IMG/VR virus record: IMGVR_UViG_3300035140_000038
Coordinates: 1-29,401 of that record
Origin: a virus
Taxonomy: Duplodnaviria > Caudoviricetes
Strand: one strand, 5' to 3'
Length of the DNA: 29,401 nt
Position numbers and translations under genes: made by a program. Below the pieces are notes generated by a model. The model was not told the origin of the DNA and searched no databases. It saw nothing but the letters and a program-made list of their open reading frames with translations. Positions 18,101 through 26,295 of the stretch are shown here, piece by piece (the first letter of the stretch is position 1; each line of letters opens with the position of its first letter).

Positions 18101-19319
18101 GAACTATAAAAAAATTAATGTTTTAGACGCTTCAATTGAAAGGATAAAATATGTTTTTGATAATTTTGAAAAAATATATTTGTCTTTTTCAGGAGGCAAA
18201 GATTCGACTGTAATGTTACATTTGTGTATGGATGAAGCAATTAAAAGAAATAGAAAAATAGGAGTGTTAATAGTTGATTTGGAAGCGCAATATAAATTAA
18301 CAATTGAACATATATATGAAATTGTAGAATTATATAAAAATAATATTGATTTATATTGGGTATGTCTACCAATATCATTAAGAAATGCAGTTAGTCAATA
18401 TGAACCTAAATGGATGTGTTGGGAGAAAAATAAAGATTGGGTTAGGCAACCTCCAAAAGAATCTATAACAGATATTAATTATTTTGATTTTTTTAAAATA
18501 GGTATGGAGTTCGAAGAGTTTGTTCCAGCTTTTGGTAAATGGTATGGAAAGGGTGAAAATACAGCTTGTTTAGTTGGTATTCGAGCTGATGAGTCATTAC
18601 ATAGATATCGAACAATTAGATTTGAGGGGAAAAAAACATTTAGAGGGAAAATGTATACTACTCATGTAGTAAGCTTGGTTTATAATGTTTATCCTATTTA
18701 TGATTGGAGAGCAAAGGATATTTGGGTATATAATTCTAAGTTTAAAAAATGTTATAACATATTATATGATAGAATGCACCAAGCTGGTTTAAGTATTCAC
18801 CAGCAAAGAATTTGTCAGCCTTACGGAGATGACCAAAAGAAAGGTCTATGGTTATATCATGTAATAGAACCTGAAACTTGGGGTAAATTAATATCAAGGG
18901 TAAATGGAGCTAATTTTGGTGCTTTATATGTTTGTGAAACTGGAAACATTTTTGGAAATATTAAAATATCAAAACCAGATGGGCACACGTGGAAATCTTT
19001 TTCTGAATTATTACTTAAATCTATGCCATCTAAAACATCTGAACATTATGAAAATAAAATATTAATATTTTTACGTTGGTGGGAACATAAAGATATTCAA
19101 TATTTAAATGGTATTCCAGATGAAGCCGATAGAAAATTAGAAATGGATCGTAAAATCCCATCATGGAGAAGAATTTGTAGGTGTCTTTTGAAAAATGATT
19201 ATTGGTGTAAAAGTTTATCTTTTAGTATGCATGTGAATGAAGCTTATCGAAAATATTTAAAATTAATGCGAAAAAGGAAAGAAAAATGGAAAGTAAATCT
19301 AATAAAAAACAGTTATTAA
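18090..19319 (+). CDS. ibrA: PAPS-reductase-like / DUF3440 protein (IbrA/YbdN family)
   Basis: SFSGGKDS PP-loop, VGIRADES, YPIYDW, QRICQPYGDDQ and IPSWRRICRCLLKNDYWC motifs. Confidence 0.88.
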   Translation: MPNKNYKKINVLDASIERIKYVFDNFEKIYLSFSGGKDSTVMLHLCMDEAIKRNRKIGVLIVDLEAQYKLTIEHIYEIVELYKNNIDLYWVCLPISLRNAVSQYEPKWMCWEKNKDWVRQPPKESITDINYFDFFKIGMEFEEFVPAFGKWYGKGENTACLVGIRADESLHRYRTIRFEGKKTFRGKMYTTHVVSLVYNVYPIYDWRAKDIWVYNSKFKKCYNILYDRMHQAGLSIHQQRICQPYGDDQKKGLWLYHVIEPETWGKLISRVNGANFGALYVCETGNIFGNIKISKPDGHTWKSFSELLLKSMPSKTSEHYENKILIFLRWWEHKDIQYLNGIPDEADRKLEMDRKIPSWRRICRCLLKNDYWCKSLSFSMHVNEAYRKYLKLMRKRKEKWKVNLIKNSY

Positions 19320-19816
19320 ATTGGACAAAAAAACATCCAGTTTCAAATGTAGTATGGATAGAATCAGATAAAGTTCAAGCGAACGATTACAATCCAAATA
19401 AAGTTGCAAAACCTGAAATGGAATTGTTAAGACTTAGTATCGAATCAGATGGCTACACACAGCCAATTGTAGTATGGGAAATTAAGGAAAATGAATATCA
19501 AGTAATAGATGGATTCCATAGACATATCGTCGGGAAAGAAATGGGCTTAACTCATTTACCTTGTGTGATAATTAACAAAAATCGAGAAAATAAAAATGAT
19601 AGAATTGCATCAACTATAAGACATAACCGTGCGCGTGGAAAACATACTATTGACGGGATGAGTAATATTGTTGTCGAGCTAACAAGAAGAAACTGGAATG
19701 ACAAAAAAATAGCTAAAGAATTAGGGATGGATGCAGACGAAGTATTAAGACTAAAGCAAATAACTGGATTGGCTGAATTATTTAAGGATGAAGATTTTAG
19801 TTTGAGTTGGGAGTAA
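19286..19816 (+). CDS. ibrB: ParB-like nuclease-domain protein (IbrB/YbdM family)
   Basis: ANDYNPNKVA, DGYTQPIVV, VIDGFHR, STIRHNRARGKH and LGMDADEVLRLKQITG motifs; overlaps ibrA. Confidence 0.9.
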   Translation: MESKSNKKQLLNWTKKHPVSNVVWIESDKVQANDYNPNKVAKPEMELLRLSIESDGYTQPIVVWEIKENEYQVIDGFHRHIVGKEMGLTHLPCVIINKNRENKNDRIASTIRHNRARGKHTIDGMSNIVVELTRRNWNDKKIAKELGMDADEVLRLKQITGLAELFKDEDFSLSWE

Positions 19817-19834
19817 TATTTTCAGACCCCAACA

Positions 19835-19902
19835 CTTGACAAATTGCAGTATAATTTGTATAATTAATTATAACAAAATAAAAAAAGGAGGAAGGGGAAA
19901 TG
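19835..19902 (+). promoter_or_regulatory. Early promoter/RBS cassette, copy 3
   Basis: Identical 30-bp core at 19835-19864 and the same RBS/ATG. Confidence 0.92.
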
Positions 19903-20181
19903 AATAAAATCTTTAATAATTTTCAGAAAAATCAAATTGTTAATGTGTGTGGTTTTCATGGGGAAAAATACGAAAATGGGCAAAGAAAACTAAGTGTAAT
20001 GAAATGTGTTGTCGAGAATGTCCGGAAGGATAAAATATTAGTAAGTCAATTTCATAACCGCGATTTGCACTGTTGGGTCGAAGAGACAACAGTTTTTTGC
20101 CCTACAAAACGTTTTTCCCGAATATTGAAAAATGGGAAAAAAATAGCTGTGTATCGATACCAAGTACAATTTTTCGATTAA
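19900..20181 (+). CDS. Hypothetical early protein
   Basis: Cassette RBS and ATG. Confidence 0.75.
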   Translation: MNKIFNNFQKNQIVNVCGFHGEKYENGQRKLSVMKCVVENVRKDKILVSQFHNRDLHCWVEETTVFCPTKRFSRILKNGKKIAVYRYQVQFFD

Positions 20182-20184
20182 AAT

Positions 20185-20220
20185 AAAAAAGGCAGGTACG
20201 GTTCCCCTTCCTACCTGCCT
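20185..20220. terminator. GC-rich hairpin (terminator-like on the minus strand) with an anti-RBS loop
   Basis: AGGCAGGTA/TACCTGCCT 9-bp stem, preceded by A6 on the + strand; loop CGGTTCCCCTTCC. Confidence 0.6.
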
Positions 20221-20253
20221 AAAATAAAAAGGGGATTATAATAGGAGGGGAAT

Positions 20254-20463
20254 ATGAGTATAAAAAATAAAAAAAAGATTGATTGGAGAGTAAGTTTTAT
20301 CAATAGATGCGAAAAAAATAAATTTAAGGCAAAAATTTCATTTGAACAAAAACATAAAATGGTCAACGAGAACTGGTCAGAATGGGATATAATGCACTAT
20401 GTGAAAAAGTTAGGCTTGCAACAACGATATAATAGAATGCATTCTATAATAATATCTAATTAA
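20254..20463 (+). CDS. Hypothetical protein
   Basis: RBS AGGAGGGG. Confidence 0.7.
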   Translation: MSIKNKKKIDWRVSFINRCEKNKFKAKISFEQKHKMVNENWSEWDIMHYVKKLGLQQRYNRMHSIIISN

Positions 20464-20518
20464 TCCATACAACAAAGAACCGCAAAACGAAGTGTATTTA
20501 AATATTTGGGAGGAAAAT

Positions 20519-20644
20519 ATGAAAGTACAAAGCGTTTCACACATCTGTTATTTGTTGGACATGTTTTTTTCGAGATTACATCGACATTATAAATTATTAG
20601 GAGACAAACTTTTAAGATTATTTTTGAAAATTTCCGGAATTTAA
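20519..20644 (+). CDS. Possible 41-aa hypothetical protein
   Basis: RBS GGGAGG, ATG 20519, MKVQSVSHIC...ISGI*; below the ORF-track cutoff. Confidence 0.35.
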   Translation: MKVQSVSHICYLLDMFFSRLHRHYKLLGDKLLRLFLKISGI

Positions 20645-20835
20645 AATATATTCAAAGGGGGATATATGAATGAAAATATTGAAATTTTGGTGAGTGAAAA
20701 TATAGAATTTAAAAAGTCAGCATATTATATATATTATTATCGGGGATACGATTTGATAAAAGAATTGTTTATTGATTTTTCAAAAGCAAAAAAGAAAATG
20801 AATTTTCTAAAAAAAGAAAAAAGGAGGCATAAATA

Positions 20836-21171
20836 ATGAGTGCAAAATCTATTTTGAAAAAACCATTGAATGCTAAAAAAATAAGTAAATATCCGACGGA
20901 AGAAGTGCAGTTGGAAGCAGTAAAAAATAACGGTAATGTAATACGATATATTCATAGGCCGACGGAAGAAATGCAGTTGGCGGCGGTAAAAAATAACGGG
21001 TATGCAATACAATATATTCATACTCCGTCGGAGGAGGTGCAGTTGGAAGCAGTAAAAAATAACGGTGATGCAATACAATATATTCATAGTCCGACGGAAG
21101 CAGTGAAAGATTACCTGTTTCAAAACAAAAAAAGTATATTTTGTAAATATTTCAAGTTTAAGGAGGCATAA
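20836..21171 (+). CDS. Helical repeat protein (DUF4116-like PTEEVQLEAVKNNG..IQYI repeats)
   Basis: Three full 22-aa repeats plus a partial one; RBS AAGGAGG. Confidence 0.8.
   Translation: MSAKSILKKPLNAKKISKYPTEEVQLEAVKNNGNVIRYIHRPTEEMQLAAVKNNGYAIQYIHTPSEEVQLEAVKNNGDAIQYIHSPTEAVKDYLFQNKKSIFCKYFKFKEA
20893..21105 (+). repeat. 66-bp tandem repeat (about 3.2 copies), coding
   Basis: Units start at 20893, 20959, 21025 and 21091. Confidence 0.95.
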
Positions 21172-21174
21172 ATA

Positions 21175-21351
21175 ATGAGTGAAAATCCATCAACAATTGA
21201 CCCTGTAAGAGAAGCAGAATATAACCGACAAGAGAAATACTACTCTATGAAAAAAGATATGTTAAATCTTAAAAAAATAAAAGAGTTTAGAGATGCATGT
21301 TTAAAAGAATTTGAAATAAGAAATCTTTTAGAAAATGAGAATGAGGGATAA
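21175..21351 (+). CDS. Hypothetical protein (58 aa)
   Basis: RBS AAGGAGG; MSENPSTIDPVREAEY...; below the ORF-track cutoff. Confidence 0.65.
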   Translation: MSENPSTIDPVREAEYNRQEKYYSMKKDMLNLKKIKEFRDACLKEFEIRNLLENENEG

Positions 21352-21380
21352 AAGTAAAATAAAAAGGAGGAGGGGGTATT

Positions 21381-21551
21381 ATGATATTAAACAATAATGA
21401 AGACATTTTAAAAATTGATAAACAAATTGGGAGTTTAAAAGATGATCTGTTATATAGAAATGGATCTTCTTTTCGAAAAGAAATACTAAAAAAGATAGAA
21501 ATATTAGAAGAGAGAAAAAGAATTAGGAAAATGAGAAGAGGATTAAAATGA
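21381..21551 (+). CDS. Hypothetical protein (56 aa)
   Basis: Strong RBS AAGGAGGAGGGGG; ATGA overlap with the next ORF. Confidence 0.65.
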   Translation: MILNNNEDILKIDKQIGSLKDDLLYRNGSSFRKEILKKIEILEERKRIRKMRRGLK

Positions 21552-21739
21552 ATTGCACAAATTGTAAGCACAACCGCAAAGATAAAAAAGAATGCCCATT
21601 AAAATATTTTTTTAAGGTTTATAATTCGGATGAAGAAATTGTAAAAGAAATAAGAGATATTTTTGTTGAAAAAGTTAAATATGAATTATCAGAAATTATA
21701 ACTTGTGCAATGTTTATTGAGGGGGATAAGTGGATTTAA
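21548..21739 (+). CDS. Small Cys-rich (CxxC...C...C) protein
   Basis: MNCTNCKH...ECP...TC. Confidence 0.65.
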   Translation: MNCTNCKHNRKDKKECPLKYFFKVYNSDEEIVKEIRDIFVEKVKYELSEIITCAMFIEGDKWI

Positions 21740-21939
21740 ATTTAAATTATTGTTTGAATTTTTTGTTAAAAAACAAAGATGAATTAAAAACATGGAAAGC
21801 GACTTTTGCAAGCTATGCTATCGAGGGGGATCCTTTGGCAAATAAATGTTGGATAAGTTTAAGTAAAATTTTAGCTGGTGAAAATATTTCAAATAATGAA
21901 ATTAAAGAATTAGTAACTGTTATGCGAAGAAAAAAATAA
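21730..21939 (+). CDS. Hypothetical protein
   Basis: GTG start after GAGGGGG. Confidence 0.6.
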   Translation: MDLNLNYCLNFLLKNKDELKTWKATFASYAIEGDPLANKCWISLSKILAGENISNNEIKELVTVMRRKK

Positions 21940-21957
21940 ATAGGAGGATTGTAGATT

Positions 21958-22776
21958 ATGGAAAATGAAAATCAAGAACAAAAAACGGGGATGCAAACAA
22001 CATTATCAAAAGAACAGCTTATAGACGCCAAAGAACAATTAGAATTATACAAACAGTATGTCGCGTTAGCTTTGAAAATTACTAATACTCATGATTGGGT
22101 TGATATGGATGGTAAACCATATCTAAATGAAGGTGGTTCTTCTAAATTAGCAAAAGTGTTTGGCATATCGACGAAAGAAACCGTTATTCAAAAAGAAATT
22201 TGCAGAGATGAGAACGATAAACTATATTACGTGTATACTGTCCAAATGATTATGTATAGTTCGAAAAATCCTGAAAATTGTCAAAGTGTTGTAGGCGCTT
22301 GCTCCAGTAGAGATAAATTGTTCGGAACGGAAAATGGTAATTTCAAAGATATTTCTCTAATTAATGAAACTAACATTAAAAAGAAAGCAGAAACAAATTG
22401 TTTCGGGAGAGGCGTGAAAAGAATGCTAGGGATTCAAAATCTAACATGGGAAGATTTGAACCATGCAGGAATTAAGAAAGAAACTACATCAAAAGTAAAT
22501 TATAATAATAATGCAATTTCTGATGACGATAAAAAAAAGCGGAGTGAGTTAGGAAACATGATTTTAGAAATGTCAAGCGGAGATAAAATAGAGGCAAAAG
22601 CTTATTTAAAAAGTATCACTGCATTCACAGGAAAAGATGGTAAAGAAGTATCTGGAGTAGAAAGTGTAACTTATCTGAGAGAGAAAAGATTAAATATCGC
22701 TCATTCGAAAGTGAAAAAAATATATCTCGATTGGCAAAAAAGTTTAAATAATGCTGGAAAAGAAGGAGTAAAATAA
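21958..22776 (+). CDS. Putative single-strand annealing/recombination protein
   Basis: KPYLNEGGSSKLAKVFGI...VGACSS...NIKKKAETNCFGRGV pattern reminiscent of Rad52/ERF-like folds; near the exonuclease. Family not certain. Confidence 0.5.
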   Translation: MENENQEQKTGMQTTLSKEQLIDAKEQLELYKQYVALALKITNTHDWVDMDGKPYLNEGGSSKLAKVFGISTKETVIQKEICRDENDKLYYVYTVQMIMYSSKNPENCQSVVGACSSRDKLFGTENGNFKDISLINETNIKKKAETNCFGRGVKRMLGIQNLTWEDLNHAGIKKETTSKVNYNNNAISDDDKKKRSELGNMILEMSSGDKIEAKAYLKSITAFTGKDGKEVSGVESVTYLREKRLNIAHSKVKKIYLDWQKSLNNAGKEGVK

Positions 22777-22777
22777 A

Positions 22778-23122
22778 ATGGCCGAAAATAAAAGTCATAA
22801 AATTATTAAAGATTTTGAATATAAAAACCATAGATGTGTTGTTGTTGAAATGTTTTTTTTGGACAATAGTTGTAACGGTTATGTCGCATTAAATGCTAAT
22901 GAAATAAAGTCAAGTTATGATGCTTACGATATGAAGTGTGTTGAGCTAACTTTCATGGGCGATTTAAGTCGGTACGGTAAACAATATGATGAAAATACAA
23001 TATATATTGGTTTCGATACGTCTCATTCTTATAATGAGGTGCATCCGGAAACAAAAACTCCTGAGGCGGTGGAACAAGTTTGCAAAAATATTGTTGATGA
23101 ATTATTAGGGGAGGGTAGATAA
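22778..23122 (+). CDS. Conserved phage hypothetical protein
   Basis: CNGYV...ELTF...IGFDTSH pattern; RBS AAGGAG. Confidence 0.7.
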   Translation: MAENKSHKIIKDFEYKNHRCVVVEMFFLDNSCNGYVALNANEIKSSYDAYDMKCVELTFMGDLSRYGKQYDENTIYIGFDTSHSYNEVHPETKTPEAVEQVCKNIVDELLGEGR

Positions 23123-24121
23123 GTGTTAAGCTTAGAGACAGTAAATAATTTAATAGATGATATGGTCGAAAGTAGAAAAATAAATTTAGAAAAGAAAATA
23201 AAAATATACCCGAGAGATCGGTTCAGAGCTTCCGATATTCCAGAATGCGACAGACAATTATTTTATGGGGTTAATAATTGGCAAGATAGAATCAAATACG
23301 ATATAAGTGTACAATCATTATTTGATGCTGGTAATGAGGCTGAAAAAACTGTAAAAAAAAGATTAGCAGATGACGGTTTTGAAGTGATCGAGCAACAACG
23401 AGATTTTGAGATAAAAAATAGAGACGGAGAAATTATTTGTAGAGGTCATATCGACGGGAAAATAGAATATAATGGTCAAGTCATCCCGATAGAAATAAAA
23501 AGCATGAATCAAAATATTTATAATGGGATTAAGTCTTTACAAGACTTCGGAAAGAAACCTTATTTAAGAAAATATTTACGACAAATGCAATTATACTTGT
23601 ATGGTAACAATGCAGAAGCAGGCATATTTATTTTGACAGATTTTAGAACTCATAAATTATTGCCTGTTGTTTTAGACATGGGGGAATGTGAAGCTATACT
23701 AAAACAACTAGAACGAACATGGGAAGCAGTAAAAGAAAAAAAAGTTCCTGAAAAAATAGAATATAAAGAAAGCATTTGTGGCAAATGTTCATTCGCTCAT
23801 ATTTGTTTGCCCGATGTAAAAAACGAAGGTGCTAAATTCATTAATAATGAAGAGCTTGAAAATACGCTTGAGCGAAGGGAGGTTTTAAAACAATCTGTCC
23901 ACGAATACAAAGAATTAGATGATCTTGTCAAAAATACATTCAAAAACATTCCAGTAGCTTTTGTTGGCAGTAATTTCCACATAGTCGGGAAAGAAATAAA
24001 AACTAATAGGATAGATACAAAGGTATTGCCTGAAGATATTAAAAAAGAATACTCAAAAGAAAGTACCTATTGGAAAACTAAAGTGATAAATTTAACACGT
24101 AAACTAGGAGGTATAAATTGA
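23123..24121 (+). CDS. Cas4-like PD-(D/E)XK exonuclease with an Fe-S cysteine cluster
   Basis: ASDIPECDR, GHIDG, IEIKS, QMQLY and CGKCSFAHIC motifs. Confidence 0.85.
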   Translation: MLSLETVNNLIDDMVESRKINLEKKIKIYPRDRFRASDIPECDRQLFYGVNNWQDRIKYDISVQSLFDAGNEAEKTVKKRLADDGFEVIEQQRDFEIKNRDGEIICRGHIDGKIEYNGQVIPIEIKSMNQNIYNGIKSLQDFGKKPYLRKYLRQMQLYLYGNNAEAGIFILTDFRTHKLLPVVLDMGECEAILKQLERTWEAVKEKKVPEKIEYKESICGKCSFAHICLPDVKNEGAKFINNEELENTLERREVLKQSVHEYKELDDLVKNTFKNIPVAFVGSNFHIVGKEIKTNRIDTKVLPEDIKKEYSKESTYWKTKVINLTRKLGGIN

Positions 24122-24423
24122 ATAAACACATAAAAAAAATGATAGAATTAATAAAAGAAAATCCAGAATTAGAAATAAAATTTCTAATTTCTGACGAGGT
24201 TTTTATCGATCCGATTTTTAATCGCAGTTTAGGACATGCTAGTTTTGCAGAAAAAGGGATATATTATGAATATGGAGACTGTTGGTACAATACAAAAGAT
24301 GCTGTAATTGAGAAGATCGAAGACAATGAATATTTGGATTATGCAAAAGATAAAATAAAAATTGATAAAATTATAAAAAGTCTTAATCCCAAAGAAGTTA
24401 TTTATGTGTGGATTGATCTATAA
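24118..24423 (+). CDS. Hypothetical protein
   Basis: TTG start after AGGAGG, overlapping the upstream stop. Confidence 0.7.
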   Translation: MNKHIKKMIELIKENPELEIKFLISDEVFIDPIFNRSLGHASFAEKGIYYEYGDCWYNTKDAVIEKIEDNEYLDYAKDKIKIDKIIKSLNPKEVIYVWIDL

Positions 24424-24436
24424 TAAGGAAAAACAA

Positions 24437-24745
24437 ATGAAACAAAAACTAAATAAATACTTGTATCAAACAAGAAAGAAAAGGGGATTAACGCAACAAG
24501 CCGTTAGTGATGGGATAAAAGAAATGTCAGAAGGAAATATAATACCATTTTCATTAGTATCTAGATACGAACTGGGCTATGGATTGCCTTCGATAAAACA
24601 TTTATATTTATTAATTAATTTTTATAAATTGAATTTAAAATATACTCTTAATTTGTATATTGAAGCCAAAATGCAATTATATGAAAAACGTCTTAAAAAA
24701 ATTATTAATAGGGATTTTATGAAAGGAATAGTATGCGAAAAATAA
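24437..24745 (+). CDS. XRE/Cro-type helix-turn-helix regulator
   Basis: RKKRGLTQQAVS...VSRYELGYGLPS; probable start ATG 24437. Confidence 0.8.
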   Translation: MKQKLNKYLYQTRKKRGLTQQAVSDGIKEMSEGNIIPFSLVSRYELGYGLPSIKHLYLLINFYKLNLKYTLNLYIEAKMQLYEKRLKKIINRDFMKGIVCEK

Positions 24746-25293
24746 CACAAAAAGAATTGGATAAATTAATTGAATCTCACCAAGAATATTTAAAATCTGG
24801 CGAAGAAAAATATAGGCTTAAATTGAATGATACTGATTGTTCTGGGTTAGACTTGAGAAATGCAAACTTGAGAAGTTCAAACTTGATTGGAGCAAACTTG
24901 AGTTATGCAAACTTGAGTTATGCAGACTTGAGTTATGCAAACTTGAGTTATGCAGACTTGAGATATGCAGACTTGAGATATGCAGACTTGAGAAGTGCAG
25001 ACTTGAGAGGTGCAGACTTGAGAAGTGCAAACTTGAGTGATGCAGACTTGAGAGGAGCAGACTTGAGAGGTGCAAAAACTGATTTGCAAATTATTAGTAT
25101 TATCGGGATTGGTAGCGAACGGCGAATGACAACATATATATTTGATTTTGACAAAATTTTTTGTGGATGTTTTAGTGGAACTTTGGCAGAATTTGAAGCT
25201 CGTGTAAAAGAAAAAAAAGCAAATAATAAAAAAGAATTAAGTGAGTATTTGGATTTTATTGAATATTTAAAAAAGAGGAAATCAGATGTATAG
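24733..25293 (+). CDS. Pentapeptide repeat protein
   Basis: About 15 A(D/N)Lxx repeats; C-terminal CGCFSGTLAEFE domain. Confidence 0.95.
   Translation: MRKITQKELDKLIESHQEYLKSGEEKYRLKLNDTDCSGLDLRNANLRSSNLIGANLSYANLSYADLSYANLSYADLRYADLRYADLRSADLRGADLRSANLSDADLRGADLRGAKTDLQIISIIGIGSERRMTTYIFDFDKIFCGCFSGTLAEFEARVKEKKANNKKELSEYLDFIEYLKKRKSDV
24847..25071 (+). repeat. 15-bp tandem repeat (15 units, GCA(A/G)ACTTGAGNNNN), coding
   Basis: Directly visible; encodes the pentapeptide repeats. Confidence 0.95.
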
Positions 25294-25465
25294 GTGCAAA
25301 AATTGTAAATATTTGCAAAGGTGGGATAGAGGCAAAAAAATCATTATATATTGTAGTTTCTATAAATCAAATAAGAATGAAATTGTTAAAATAAGCAAAG
25401 ACAGACCTGCTTGCAAGTATTTTGAAAAAATTAATGAAAAAATATATAAAAATCTTGACAAATAA
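25286..25465 (+). CDS. Small Cys-rich protein (59 aa)
   Basis: MYRCKNCKY...YC...ACKYFEK; RBS GAGG; below the ORF-track cutoff. Confidence 0.6.
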   Translation: MYRCKNCKYLQRWDRGKKIIIYCSFYKSNKNEIVKISKDRPACKYFEKINEKIYKNLDK

Positions 25466-25484
25466 ATAATAAATATTATATAAT
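25455..25484 (+). promoter_or_regulatory. Sigma70-type promoter for the replication operon
   Basis: TTGACA (25455-25460), 18-nt spacer, TATAAT (25479-25484). Confidence 0.7.
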
Positions 25485-25513
25485 ATTTATTCAGGGGTGA
25501 AACAAAACAAATA

Positions 25514-25557
25514 GCAGAGCTGAAAGGATCACCCCTCCTTGAGGCTCTGTTTTTTTT
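25514..25557 (+). terminator. Attenuator-type intrinsic terminator in the leader of the replication initiator
   Basis: GCAGAGC/GCTCTGT and AAGGA/TCCTT stems, loop TCACCCC, T8 tail. Confidence 0.75.
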
Positions 25558-25572
25558 CAGAAGGAATTAAAT

Positions 25573-26295
25573 ATGAAAAAATCATACTATGCAGTTATCC
25601 CAGCCAATGTAAGATACAATAAAAAACTTACTGCGAATGCTAAATTATTATATGGTGAAATTACTGCATTGTGCAATGAAAAAGGGTATTGCTGGGCATC
25701 TAATAGTTATTTCGCAAAACTTTATTCTGTTTCCAATAAAAGTATATCTCTTTGGATTAAACAATTATCTAATCATGGGTTTTTGAAAAGTGAAATTATT
25801 TACAAAGAAGGTACTAAAGAAATTGTTAATAGGTATATACGAATTTGTGGGGGGGGTATGGAAGAAAATGTTAATACCCCTATGGAAGAAAAGGTTAAAG
25901 ATAATATTACATCTTCTAATAATACAATTAATAATACATCTAATAATATATATACGAAAAATAAAAATTCCATTTCTAAAAAAGAAAGAGAAGAACAATT
26001 TGAAAAGCTATGGAAGAAATACCCTAAAAAGCAAGGTAAGCCAAGGGCTTATGCCTATTACATGAAGAAAATCAAAGATAATGCTATATATGAGCTTATT
26101 AACAAGGCTATAGATAATTACAACGCTGATATAGAGGCGAATAAAACAGAAGGGAAGTATATTAAGAATGGTGATGGCTTCTTTTGCGGCGAATATTGGG
26201 AATACTGGTCTAATTATGATGTTTCGAAAAATAAGCCTAAAGATTCTGATTTGCAAACTTATAAGCAAGAAGATGACATACAATGGATATCCTAA
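25573..26295 (+). CDS. Phage replication initiator (N-terminal winged HTH, replisome-organiser type)
   Basis: YYAVIPANVRY...AKLLYGEITAL...GYCWASNSYFA; C-terminal FEKLWKKYPKKQGK; upstream of a DnaC-like gene. Confidence 0.88.
   Translation: MKKSYYAVIPANVRYNKKLTANAKLLYGEITALCNEKGYCWASNSYFAKLYSVSNKSISLWIKQLSNHGFLKSEIIYKEGTKEIVNRYIRICGGGMEENVNTPMEEKVKDNITSSNNTINNTSNNIYTKNKNSISKKEREEQFEKLWKKYPKKQGKPRAYAYYMKKIKDNAIYELINKAIDNYNADIEANKTEGKYIKNGDGFFCGEYWEYWSNYDVSKNKPKDSDLQTYKQEDDIQWIS

Noticed and set aside
20893-21105. 66-bp periodicity (CRISPR-like unit length)
   Set aside because: The whole unit is repeated in frame as a 22-aa protein repeat; there is no repeat/spacer alternation.
23123-24121. 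Cas4 as evidence of a CRISPR-Cas system
   Set aside because: Solo Cas4-like exonucleases are common in phage recombination modules; no cas1/cas2 or array is present.
24847-25071. Regular short repeats suggesting a CRISPR array
   Set aside because: Contiguous 15-bp units with no unique spacers; they encode pentapeptide repeats.
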